The notes beneath the pieces were generated by a model. It did no database searches and was not told where the DNA came from. It saw only the letters and a program-made list of their open reading frames with translations. Shown here in pieces: positions 1-11,600 of a stretch of 64,000 nt of DNA (its first letter is position 1; each line of letters opens with the position of its first letter). The stretch is taken from positions 277,990 through 341,989 of the forward strand of contig NIVC01001186.1 in the NCBI GenBank assembly GCA_002269645.1, in the 5' to 3' direction. Source of the DNA: Macrostomum lignano (Eukaryota). Position numbers and translations under genes: made by a program.

Positions 1-760
1 TAACAGTAAATTAAACACCCCGGCTTGCAAGTAAACACCCCGGCTAGTAATTAAACACCCCGGCTTGAAATTAAACACCCAGCTAGCAATTAAACACCCA
101 GCTAGCAATTAAACACCCAGCTAGCAATTAAACACCCCGGCAAGCAATTAAACACCCCGGCAAGCAATTAAACACCCCGGCTTGCAAGTAAACACCCGGC
201 TAGTAATTAAACACTCCGGCTAGCAATTAAACACCCAGCTAGCAATTAAACACCCAACTAGCAATTAAAAACCCAGCTAGCAATTAAACACCCCGGCAAG
301 CAATTAAACACCCCGGCAAGCAATTAAACACCCCGGCTTGCAAGTAAACACCCGGCTAGTAATTAAACACCCCGGCTAGCAATTAAACACCCAGCTAGCA
401 ATTAAACACCCCGGCAGGCAATTAAACACCCCGGCTTGCAAGTAAACACCCGGCTAGTAATTAAACACTCCGGCTAGCAATTAAACACCCAACTAGCAAT
501 TAAACACCCAGCTAGCAATTAAACACCCCGGCAAGCAATTAAACACCCCGGCAAGCAATTAAACACCCCGGCAAGCAAGTAAACACCCGGCTAGTAATTA
601 AACACCCCGGCTAGCAATTAAACACCCAGCTAGCAATTAAACACCCAACTAGCAATTAAACACCCAGCTAGCAATTAAACACCCCGGCAAGCAATTAAAC
701 ACCCCGGCAAGCAATTAAACACCCCGGCTGGCAATTAGACACCCAGCTAGCAATTAAACA
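1..760. repeat. Minisatellite, ~19-21 bp unit (GCAATTAAACACCCCGGCTA-like); runs off the window start
   Basis: Direct tandem repetition visible in the sequence. Confidence 0.95.
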
Positions 761-949
761 AAACGCATGTAGATAACAGATCAAAAAAGTCGTCTAATAA
801 CGAGTAGCGAGAGACGAATATGAAAAGAATCTTTTACAGCATGTGTGAAAACAGGGCATATTCATAGGTAGAATATATCCTACTTCCTGCGGTAAGTACC
901 TCATCAATATTATCCCGACTGCTTATAATCGAATTATACATTAACCGCT

Positions 950-2050
950 TTCAGTCCCGTCGCCGCCACCAACTGAGAAGCCGACAGGTGAGTCAGGTGA
1001 TAAATATTTAATTAGCGCTTAATCAAACTCATAAACTTGATAATTATGTCATTTCAGTCCCACCGCCGCCACCAACTGAGAAGCCGACAGGTGAGTCAGG
1101 TGATAAATATTTAATTAGCGCTTAATCAAACTCATAAACTTGATAATTATGTCATTTCAGTCCCACCGCCGCCACCAACTGAGAAGCCGACAGGTGAGTC
1201 AGGTGATAAATATTTAATTAGCGCTTAATCAAGCCAATAAACTTGATAATTCTGTCATTTTAGTCCCACCGCCGCCACCAACTGAGAAGCCGACAGGTGA
1301 GTCAGGTGATAAATATTTAATTAGCGCTTAATCAAACTCATAAACTTTATAATTCTGTCATTTCAGTCCCACCGCCGCCACCAACTGAGAAGCCGACAGG
1401 TGAGTCAGGTGATAAATATTTAATTAGCGCTTAATCAAGCCAATAAACTTGATAATTATGTCATTTCAGTCCCACCGCCGCCACCAACTGAGAAGCCGAC
1501 AGGTGAGTCAGGTGATAAATATTTAATTAGCGCTTAATCAAGCCAATAAACTTGATAATTCTGTCATTTTAGTCCCACCGCCGCCACCAACTGAGAAGCC
1601 GACAGGTGAGTCAGGTGATAAATATTTAATTAGCGCTTAATCAAACTCATAAACTTTATAATTCTGTCATTTCAGTCCCACCGCCGCCACCAACTGAGAA
1701 GCCGACAGGTGAGTCAGGTGATAAATATTTAATTAGCGCTTAATCAAGCCAATAAACTTGATAATTATGTCATTTCAGTCCCACCGCCGCCACCAACTGA
1801 GAAGCCGACAGGTGAGTCAGGTGATAAATATTTAATTAGCGCTTAATCAAACTCATAAACTTGATAATTCTGTCATTTCAGTCCCACCGCCGCCACCAAC
1901 TGAGAAGCCGACAGGTGAGTCAGGTGATAAATATTTAATTAGCGCTTAATCAAGCCAATAAACTTGATAATTATGTCATTTCAGTCCCACCGCCGCCACC
2001 AACTGAGAAGCCGACAGGTGAGTCAGGTGATAAATATTTAATTAGCGCTT
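950..2050 (+). repeat. 103-bp tandem array; each unit is a 33-nt exon plus a 70-nt intron (11 exon copies)
   Basis: Exact 103-bp periodicity. Each unit reads TTTCAG or TTTTAG|TCCCACCGCCGCCACCAACTGAGAAGCCGACAG|GTGAGT. Confidence 0.92.
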
Positions 2051-5000
2051 AATAAGTGTGGAGTAACTTGCAAGAACTGCGAGAGTCTGGAGTTTGGAGA
2101 GTGTGGAGCTTGGAGAGTGTGGAGTTTGGAAATTATGGAGTTTTGGAAAGTGTGGAGTTTGGAAAGTGTGAAGTTTTGAAATTGTGGAGTTTGGAAAGTG
2201 TGAAGTTTGGAAAGTGTGGAGTTTGGAGAGTGTGGAGTTTGGAAAGTGTGGAGTTTGGAAAGTGTGGAGTTTGGAAAGTGTGGAGTTTGGAAAGTGTGGA
2301 GTTTGGAGAGTGCGGAGCTTGGAGAGTGTGTAGTTTGGAGAGTGTGGAGTTTGGAAAGTGTGGAGTTTGGAGAGTGCGGAGCTTGGAAGGTGTGAAGTTT
2401 GGAAAGTGTGAAGTTTGAAAAGTGTGAAGTTTGGAAAGTGTGGAGTTTGGAGCGTGCGGAGCTTGGAAAGTGTGGAGTTTGGAAAGTGTGGAGTTTGGAG
2501 AGTGTGGAGTTTGGGGAGTGTAGTTTGGAGACTGTGGAGTTTGGAAAGTGTGGAGTTTGGAGCGTGCGGAGCTTGGAAAGTGTGGAGTTTGGAAAGTGCG
2601 GAGCTTGGAAAGTGTGGAGTTTGGAGAGTGTGGAGTTTTTCAAATTTATTTATTAATTAGCTGGTGTAAAGACATTTTCGGTGACTTACAGTTCCAGAAT
2701 CGATCACTACGACACCTAAAACTTCAAAGCCGAAAGGTGAGCAGCCTTCATCTTGTCAATAAATGCTACTTTATTTAAGAAAACGAAAATAAGGTACATG
2801 CAAGTTCTAAAGCACTTATGTTTTCGTTTCAGTTCGTGAATGTAAGTTGAATTGTGGAATGTTTTGTTTTAATTTTGCTCTACTGATCACAGACTCCACA
2901 ATGAGAGCTGCAGTTACTGATGAAGCTTTGGCTTCAACAACAATAAAAACCGCACAACTGCAGTTGAATTCGTTGGCTGCTACGCAAATGACCACGGCAC
3001 CGAGACGGCCCTGGATGATATACCGCGGAGCCACCCGGAAATGACGGTAGTCGACTGTTACTTCTTTTGCACCCTGAGATTTGCCAACTATTTTGGAATT
3101 TTTGACGCAACCAAATGCTACTGCGGATTTACGATCAACACGACCCAAGTGGTGCAGGACCGCTGCAGGCTCACTTGTCCCGGAAATCCATTGGAAATCT
3201 GCGGCGGCAGCAGTGCAATCAGCATTTACGTTTTGCCGAAACCGAAAGTAGTTAGTCGGCCAGGTGAGTGTCTATGAATCGGGGTAAGTGTCCATAGGGT
3301 GTCCGTTAATCAAGGTACGTGTCTATAGGGTGAGTGTCCATTAATCGGGTTTAGTGTCCATAGGATGAGTGTCCATATTCGGGGTCAATGTCCATAGGAT
3401 GAGTGTTCATAATCGGGGTAAGTGTCCATAGGGTGTCCGTTAATCAAAGTAAGTGTCTATAGGGTGAGTGTCCATTAATCGGGGTAGGTGTCCATAGGAT
3501 GAGTCCATAATCGGGGTAGGTGTTTATTGGATGAGTCCATAATCGGGGTAAATGTCCATAGGATCTGTCCATAATCGGGGTATGTGTCCATAGGATGAGT
3601 GTCCATTAATCGGGGTATGTGTCCATAGGGTGAGTGTCCATTAATCGGGTAGGTGTCCATTGGATGAGTGTCCATTAATCGGGTAGGTGTCCATTGGATG
3701 AGTGTCCATTAATCGGGTTAAGTGTCCATTGGATGAGTGTCCATATTCGGGGTAAATGTCCATAGGATGAGTGTTCATAATCGGGGTAAGTGTCCATAGG
3801 GTGTCCGTTAATCAAAGTATGTGTCTATAGGGTGAGTGTCCATTAATCGGGCTAGGTGTCCATAGGATGAGTCCATAATCGGGGTAGGTGTTTATTGGAT
3901 GAGTCCATAATCGGGGTAAATGTCCATAGGGTGAGTATCCATAATCGGGGTAAGTGTCCATAGGGTGAGTATCCATAATCGGGGTAAGTGTCCATAGGGT
4001 GAGTATCCATAATTGGGGTAAGTGTCCATAGGGTGAGTATCCATAATTGGGGTAAGTGTCCATAGGGTGATTATCCATAATTGGGGTAAGTGTCCATAGG
4101 GTGATTATCCATAATTGGGGTAAGTGTCCATAGGGTGAGTATCCATAATTGGGGTAAGTGTCCATAGGGTGAGTATCCATAATTGGGGTAAGTGTCCATA
4201 GGGTGAGTATCCATAATTGGGGTAAGTGTCCATAGGGTGAGTATCCATAATTGGGGTAAGTGTCCATAGGGTGAGTATCCATAATTGGGGTAAGTGTCCA
4301 TAGGGTGAGTATCCATAATCGGGATAAGTGTCCATAGGGTGAGTATCCATAATTGGGGTAAGTGTCCATAGGGTGAGTATCCATAATTGGGGTAAGTGTC
4401 CATAGGGTGAGTATCCATAATTGGGGTAAGTGTCCATTGGATGAGTGTCCATTAATCGGGTTAAGTGTCCATTGGATGAGTGTCCATATTCGGGGTAAAT
4501 GTCCATAGGATGAGTGTTCATAATCGGGGTAAGTGTCCATAGGGTGTCCGTTAATCAAAGTATGTGTCTATAGGGTGAGTGTCCATTAATCGGGCTAGGT
4601 GTCCATAGGATGAGTCCATAATCGGGGTAGGTGTTTATTGGATGAGTCCATAATCGGGGTAAATGTCCATAGGGTGAGTATCCATAATCGGGGTAAGTGT
4701 CCATAGGGTGAGTATCCATAATCGGGGTAAGTGTCCATAGGGTGAGTATCCATAATTGGGGTAAGTGTCCATAGGGTGAGTATCCATAATTGGGGTAAGT
4801 GTCCATAGGGTGATTATCCATAATTGGGGTAAGTGTCCATAGGGTGATTATCCATAATTGGGGTAAGTGTCCATAGGGTGAGTATCCATAATTGGGGTAA
4901 GTGTCCATAGGGTGAGTATCCATAATTGGGGTAAGTGTCCATAGGGTGAGTATCCATAATTGGGGTAAGTGTCCATAGGGTGAGTATCCATAATTGGGGT

Positions 5001-6191
5001 AAGTGTCCATAGGGTGAGTATCCATAATTGGGGTAAGTGTCCATAGGGTGAGTATCCATAATCGGGATAAGTGTCCATAGGGTGAGTATCCATAATTGGG
5101 GTAAGTGTCCATAGGGTGAGTATCCATAATTGGGGTAAGTGTCCATAGGGTGAGTATCCATAATTGGGGTAAGTGTCCATTGGATGAGTGTCCATTAATC
5201 GGGTTAAGTGTCCATTGGATGAGTGTCCATATTCGGGGTAAATGTCCATAGGATGAGTGTTCATAATCGGGGTAAGTGTCCATAGGGTGTCCGTTAATCA
5301 AAGTATGTGTCTATAGGGTGAGTGTCCATTAATCGGGCTAGGTGTCCATAGGATGAGTCCATAATCGGGGTAGGTGTTTATTGGATGAGTCCATAATCGG
5401 GGTAAATGTCCATAGGGTGAGTATCCATAATCGGGGTAAGTGTCCATAGGGTGAGTATCCATAATCGGGGTAAGTGTCCATAGGGTGAGTATCCATAATT
5501 GGGGTAAGTGTCCATAGGGTGAGTATCCATAATTGGGGTAAGTGTCCATAGGGTGAGTATCCATAATTGGGGTAAGTGTCCATAGGGTGAGTATCCATAA
5601 TTGGGGTAAGTGTCCATAGGGTGAGTATCCATAATTGGGGTAAGTGTCCATAGGGTGAGTATCCATAATCGGGGTAAATGTTCATAGGGTGAGTGTCCAT
5701 AATCGGGATAGGTGTCCATAGGGTGAGTATCCATAATTGGGGTAAGTGTCCATTAATCGGTCCGTCATTCTATGAACACCTTCTCAAGTACATAGAAATA
5801 CATACAAATTGTACAACCCTGAAGCCTAAGATGAATTGTTATTATGGATAAACAGTAAAAAGATTTTTAATTATTGCAACTTTCAGAAGATCCTGTTGGC
5901 TGCTATTTTGCCAGTGATTCATCAACGCTGGGAGGACCCAAACTGTCCAGCTCGGACATGACTCAGTCAGTTTGCGCCAGTGAGTGTGCCAAGTACCTGA
6001 CCAAATATTTCGGCTTGATGACAAAGGACTCACAAGGGAGCTGCCATTGCGGCAACGAAATTCCATCTGGGGAGCAAAACCAATACGACATGAGCTTCTG
6101 CCAGTACAAGTGCCCCGGGGTGAGATTCCACATGGAAGTGTGCGGGAGCGACATGTTTATGCTGGTGTTCAAACTGAATATACAGTCCTGA
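955..6191 (+). CDS. 3' part of a multi-exon gene: Pro/Thr-rich stalk followed by two WSC carbohydrate-binding domains (5' exons not identified)
   Basis: Phase-1 exons: 11 x 33 nt at 955,1058,1161,1264,1367,1470,1573,1676,1779,1882,1985 (VPPPPPTEKPT; first copy VPSPPPTEKPT); 2692-2736 (VPESITTTPKTSKPK); 2964-3263 (EFVGCYAND...CYFFC...YFGI...CYCG...CRLTCPGNPLEICGG); 5887-6191 (DPVGCYF...CASEC...YFGL...CHCG...CQYKCPG...EVCGS, stop). All have AG/GT boundaries and join in frame. The Cys pattern matches the WSC domain. Confidence 0.85.
2055..2640. repeat. Intronic minisatellite, 16-bp unit (GTGTGGAGTTTGGAAA)
   Basis: Tandem repetition; explains the overlapping low-complexity ORFs. Confidence 0.95.
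3264..5755. repeat. Intronic minisatellite, 34-bp unit (CCATAGGGTGAGTATCCATAATTGGGGTAAGTGT; two 17-bp halves) with a 743-bp higher-order duplication
   Basis: Tandem repetition starting at the exon donor. ORF-track entries 3812..4558 and 4555..5301 are identical, giving a 743-bp offset. Confidence 0.95.
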
Positions 6192-6673
6192 AACTCAGTT
6201 CAGGCCGGAGTGAACTAGTGCGAGTTTAAACAGAAACTCGAATCTCGAATAAATAAAAGAAGTAAATCGCAAAAAGTTGAAATTCTTTGTTTATTTCTTT
6301 TTATTGCATTTTAATTTTCATTATATCCCTCGTTCTGCTGATCCCAAATGACATCAACTCTCTTGAATGCTGCAAAATGACTTCGGTAAATGACTGGTGT
6401 ATATCACACTCCTCTAAGCCACACCTGAATGCACATCCATGACTTTTAGCCCAGCAATTGGGAGGGAACAAAAAGCAATGAAGGCGGAAGCCTAGTTTGA
6501 AATATTCTGTTGCTTTAAAAGTTATTTGCTTCTCCAAGTTTCTGCAAGTTAAACGGGGGTGGGAAGCCGGGAGCTACCCGCGGATCAGCCCTGGGAGGGG
6601 CTCTGCCGCTGAGGGGCACTAACAGCGGCATATAGCCCGAGATTGGACCCTGACGTCTGGGCCAGGGGAATCT

Positions 6674-8125
6674 GCCAACCCAAGCCTATGGACTAAGACA
6701 CCGCCAACCCAAACCTATGGACTAAGACACCGCCAACCCAAACCTATGGACTAAGACACCGCCAACCCAAGCCTATGGACTAAGACACCGCCAACCCAAA
6801 CCTATGGACTAAGACACCGCCAACCCAAGCCTATGACTAAGACACCGCCAACTCAAACCTATGAACTAAGACACCGCCAACCCAAACCTATGACTAAGAC
6901 ACCGCCAACCCAAACCTATGGACTAAGACACCGCCAACCCAAGCCTATGACTAAGACACCGCCAACTCAAACCTATGAACTAAGACACCGCCAACCCAAA
7001 CCTATGAACTAAGACACCGCCAACCCAAGCCTATGAACTAAGACACCGCCCGCCAACCCAAGCCTATGAACTAAGACACCGCCAACCCTGTAGAAAAATA
7101 ACTGAAGAAATAACACTGGCCAGTGAATACGTTGACAATAACAACTTGAAAACCAAAGTTAGGATGAAAAGGCTCCTCCAGCAGTATATTTATTTGCGTG
7201 GTTGAGAGAGGGGGGTAGAGAATAGATAAGAAGAAAATGGGTAAGAAGGGCGAGGGCTAAAATGCTCTAACGAGACCGAGGGGGGGGGGGCTGACTGAAA
7301 ACTCACCGATCGATAATCGGAAAACAAGATAAGAATGTACAGTACGTAGAGCGCGGTAGATAGAAGATGGACTAGGCACACAGGGAATGGAAGAAAATGA
7401 AAAGGGAGCAAGTGAATTCTATTAGCGCAAGCTGAAATTTCGCGACAAACCCAAACCTATGGACTAAGACACCGCCAACCCAAGCCTATGACTAAGACAC
7501 CGCCAACTCAAACCTATGAACTAAGACACCGCCAACCCAAACCTATGACTAAGACACCGCCAACCCAAACCTATGGACTAAGACACCGCCAACCCAAGCC
7601 TATGGACTAAGACACCGCCAACCCAAGCCTATGGACTAAGACACCGCCAACCCAAGCCTATGACTAAGACACCGCCAACTCAAACCTATGAACTAAGACA
7701 CCGCCAACTCAAACCTATGAACTAAGACACCGCCAACCCAAACCTATGAACTAAGACACCGCCAACCCAAGCCTATGAACTAAGACACCGCCCGCCAACC
7801 CAAGCCTATGAACTAAGACACCGCCAACCCAAACCTATGGACTAAGACACCGCCAACCCAAGCCTATGGACTAAGACACCGCCAACCCAAACCTATGGAC
7901 TAAGACACCGCCAACCCAAGCCTATGGACTAAGACACCGCCAACCCAAGCCTATGGACTAAGACACCGCCAACCCAAGCCTATGGACTAAGACACCGCCA
8001 ACCCAAGCCTATGGACTAAGACACCGCCAACCCAAGCCTATGGACTAAGACACCGCCAACCCAAGCCTATGGACTACGACACCGCCAACCCAAGCCACCG
8101 CCAACTAAGACACCGCCAACCCAAA
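6674..8125. repeat. Minisatellite, 29-bp unit (GCCAACCCAAGCCTATGGACTAAGACACC), interrupted by a solo LTR
   Basis: Tandem repetition with period 29. Confidence 0.95.
7089..7447 (-). mobile_element. Solo LTR (359 bp)
   Basis: TGT...ACA termini, 5-bp target-site duplication AACCC (7084-7088 and 7448-7452), AATAAA on the minus strand. Confidence 0.75.
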
Positions 8126-8662
8126 AGTGGAACCAGAGACGGTGCTAAGACCGAGTCCACCCAAGCCACCACCCGGCAGACAAGTCCCAGGAGTGCGCGA
8201 AAAAAGATTGGAAAAATCTTGAAATACTACTGAAAAGCGGTCCGAGAGCGGGGAGACGCCAAAGTCTCGGAAATGGCTGTATTTTGGAGCGAGTCTGGAA
8301 GGCTTGTTTCCGAGGGCGAGACTCCTATCAGGCCACCAGAAAACCTATTGGGCTGCAAGCCACAAGGGTGTCACCTATCCAGCTCTATATTGGAGGCCAG
8401 GCCAAGGGGTCGGGAAGGAGCAACTTCAGAATTGCAGTTCAATTGTGGGAATTCGATGAAAACTTTGAAATTTGAGCAGAAAAAAGTGACCATTAAATTT
8501 GGTTGGCAGTCACGGTAATTTATATTGTTTTTTAATAAAACACAAATTAATCGCTCTCTCACAATAAAATATATAATTAGGACAACAGATATATTGCACC
8601 TACCAGCATAGAATGTTGAATTCAATCAAATTTGAATAATAATATAATAATTGTCAAAACTT

Positions 8663-11600
8663 TCAGCGCCGTTTAATAGCAACGTAAATATTCCAAAGAA
8701 GAGACAGGCCGCACATGAACAGCACTCGGTACTGAAATTATTAATACAAATTATTTATAATATATATTCATAAAGACTCATGCATACACAATGTTCAAAA
8801 ACAAAGACTCACCTTTTGCGGTACATAGTTGATATTAATAAACTGGAACAGGGACCAGATCTTCACGTTCATTTTCAGCACGTCTAAGAAGCTGTCCTTG
8901 ACTTTGGCGTGCGCGAACGCCAAGGATCGGCCCTGCGAGATTAAAGATTTTGTCCGAATTAAATACTCTATTATCACTTTTCTACTTAGCATTAGTAGCC
9001 ATTCGTGTCCCAATCTACATCTACTCAATTCCTATCTACCCAATCCCTATCTACCCAATCCCTATCTACCCAATCCCTATCTACCCAATTCCTATCTACC
9101 CAATTCCTATCTACCCAATCCCTATTTACCCAATCCCTATCTACCCAATCCCTATCTACCCAATCCCTATCTACCCAATCCCTATCTACCCAATCCCTAT
9201 CTACCCAATCTCCATCTACCTAATCCCTATCTACCCAATCCCTATCTACCCAATCCCTATCTACCCTATCCCTATCTACCTAATCCCTATTTACCCAATC
9301 CCTATCTACCCAATCCCTATCTACCCAATCCCTATCTACCCAATCCCTATCTACCCAATCCCTATCTGCCTAATCCCTATCTACCCAATTCCTATCTACC
9401 CAATTCCTATCTACCCAATCCTTATCTACCCAATCCCTATCTACCTAATCCCTATCTACCCAATCCCTATCTACACAATCCCTATCTACCTAATCCCTAT
9501 CTACGAGTACCTAATCCCTTATCTACCTAATATCCATCTACCCAATCCCTATCTACCCAATCCCTATCTACCCTATCCCTATCTACCTAATCCCTATCTA
9601 CCCAATTCCTATCTACCCAATCCCTATCTACACAATCCCTATCTACCTAATCCCTATCTACCCAATCCCTATCTACCCAATCCCTATCTACCCAATCCCT
9701 ATCTACCCAATCCCTATCTACCCAATCACTATCTACCCAATCCCTATCTACCCAATCCCTATCTACCCAATCCCTATCTACCCAATCTCCATCTACCTAA
9801 TCCCTATCTACCCAATCCCTATCTACCGAATCCCTATCTACCCTATCCCTATCTACCCAATCCCTATCTACCCAATCCCTATCTACCCGATCCCTATCTA
9901 CCCAATCCCTATCTACCCAATCCCTATCTACCTAATCCCTATCTACCCAATTCCTATCTACCCAATCCCTATCTACCCAATCCCTATCTACCCAATCCTT
10001 ATCTACCCTATCCCTATCTACCCAATCCCTATCTACCCAATCCCTATCTACCCAATCCCTATGTACCCAATCTCCATCTACCTAATCCCTATCTACCCAA
10101 TCCATATCTACCCAATCCCTATCTACCCAATCCCTATCTACCCAATCCCTATCTACCCAATCCCTATCTACCCAATCCCTATCTACCCAATCCCTATCTA
10201 CCCAATCCCTATCTACCCTATCCCTATCTACCTAATCCCTATCTACCCAATCCCTATCTACCCAATCCCTTTCTACCCAATCCCTATCTACACAATCCCT
10301 ATCTACCTAATCCTTATCTACCTAATCCCTTATCTACCTAATATCTATCTATCCAATCCTATCTACCCAATCCCTATGTACCCAATCTCCATCTACCTAA
10401 TCCCTATCTACCCAATCCATATCTACCCAATCCCTATCTACCCTATCCCTATCTACCTAATCCCTATCTACCCAATCCTTATCTACCCAATCCTTATATA
10501 CCCAATCCCTATCTACCCTATCCCTATCCATCTAATCCCTATCTACCCAATCCCTTATCTACCCAATCTCCATCTACCCAATCTCCATCTACTCTATCCC
10601 TTATCTACCCAATCTCCATCTACTCTATCCCTTATCTACCCAATCTCCATCTACTCTATCCCTTATCTACCCCATCTCCATCTACCAAATTTCCATCTAC
10701 CCATTCTCTATCTAGTCTATCCTTATCTACCAATCTCCATCTACCCAATCCCTACGTACCCAATCTCCATCTACCCTATCTATCTACCATATCCAACTAA
10801 TCTTCATCTACCTCTCAGTCTCACCTCGAACAGCGGCACTGAATAGTAGAGCAACAGCAGGTAAGGCGGTGCCAACAGCAGCCTGTCAATCAGAGTGCGT
10901 TTCAACGCTACAAACTGTTGGTCAGAGTCCTTGGGCAGAGCCCTGTCCAACTGGCGATAGAAAGCGTGAATCAACGGGCCAGAAATAAAGAAGCCAAAGG
11001 CTGAATAAGCGAAGGTGCTTCTCAGGCTAAACTGGCCGCCAGTGCCGGGTTTGGGCGCGATCAGCTGTGACAGAATGTCGCCTAGGCCGAAAATTGTGCC
11101 GCTAAGATGACGGATGGTTGTTGAGGGGTGAAGCTTGAATATTAATCATTGGATTTGTGACCCGCAACCATTCGGCTCACTGCTAGCTTATATTATCTCA
11201 CACTCTTTGGTTCAAAGGTGTCACCTGACCCCTCTCGATTCATATCCTTCACAGAAGGGGTCACCTGACCCCTCCCGTTTCATATACTTCACTGACAGGG
11301 GTCACCTGACCCTCCCGATTCATATTCTTCACTGACAGGGGTCACCTGACCCCTCCCGATTCATATACTTCAGACAGGGGTCATATGACCCTCCCAAATC
11401 ATATACTTTAGACAGGGGTCATATGACCCTCCCAAATCATATACTTCACTGACAGGGGTCATATGACCCTCCCGATTCATATACTTCACTGACAGGGGTC
11501 ATTGACCCTCCCGATTCATATACTTCACTGACAGGGGTCACCTGACCCCTCCCGATTCATATACTTCACTGACAGGGGTCTCCTGACCCCTCCCGATTCA

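Noticed and set aside
2893-3044. Alternative acceptor at 2893 (ORF ...STMRAAVTDE...)
   Set aside because: The phase-1 frame from this AG ends at a stop before the WSC domain. The acceptor at 2964 gives the intact domain.
2038-5734. Long ORFs of 100-250 aa (e.g. MKNSTLSKLHT..., MDTHPMDTYP...)
   Set aside because: Translations of minisatellites that are open in several frames on both strands and lie inside introns of the WSC gene.
8125-8500. GC-richer segment after the 29-bp array, possibly a TE coding remnant
   Set aside because: No recognisable motif in any frame, so it cannot be assigned.
8829-10846. PNPYL / IYPIP repeat proteins up to 463 aa
   Set aside because: 15-bp satellite in PXMP2 intron 2, antisense to the real gene; no evidence of coding.
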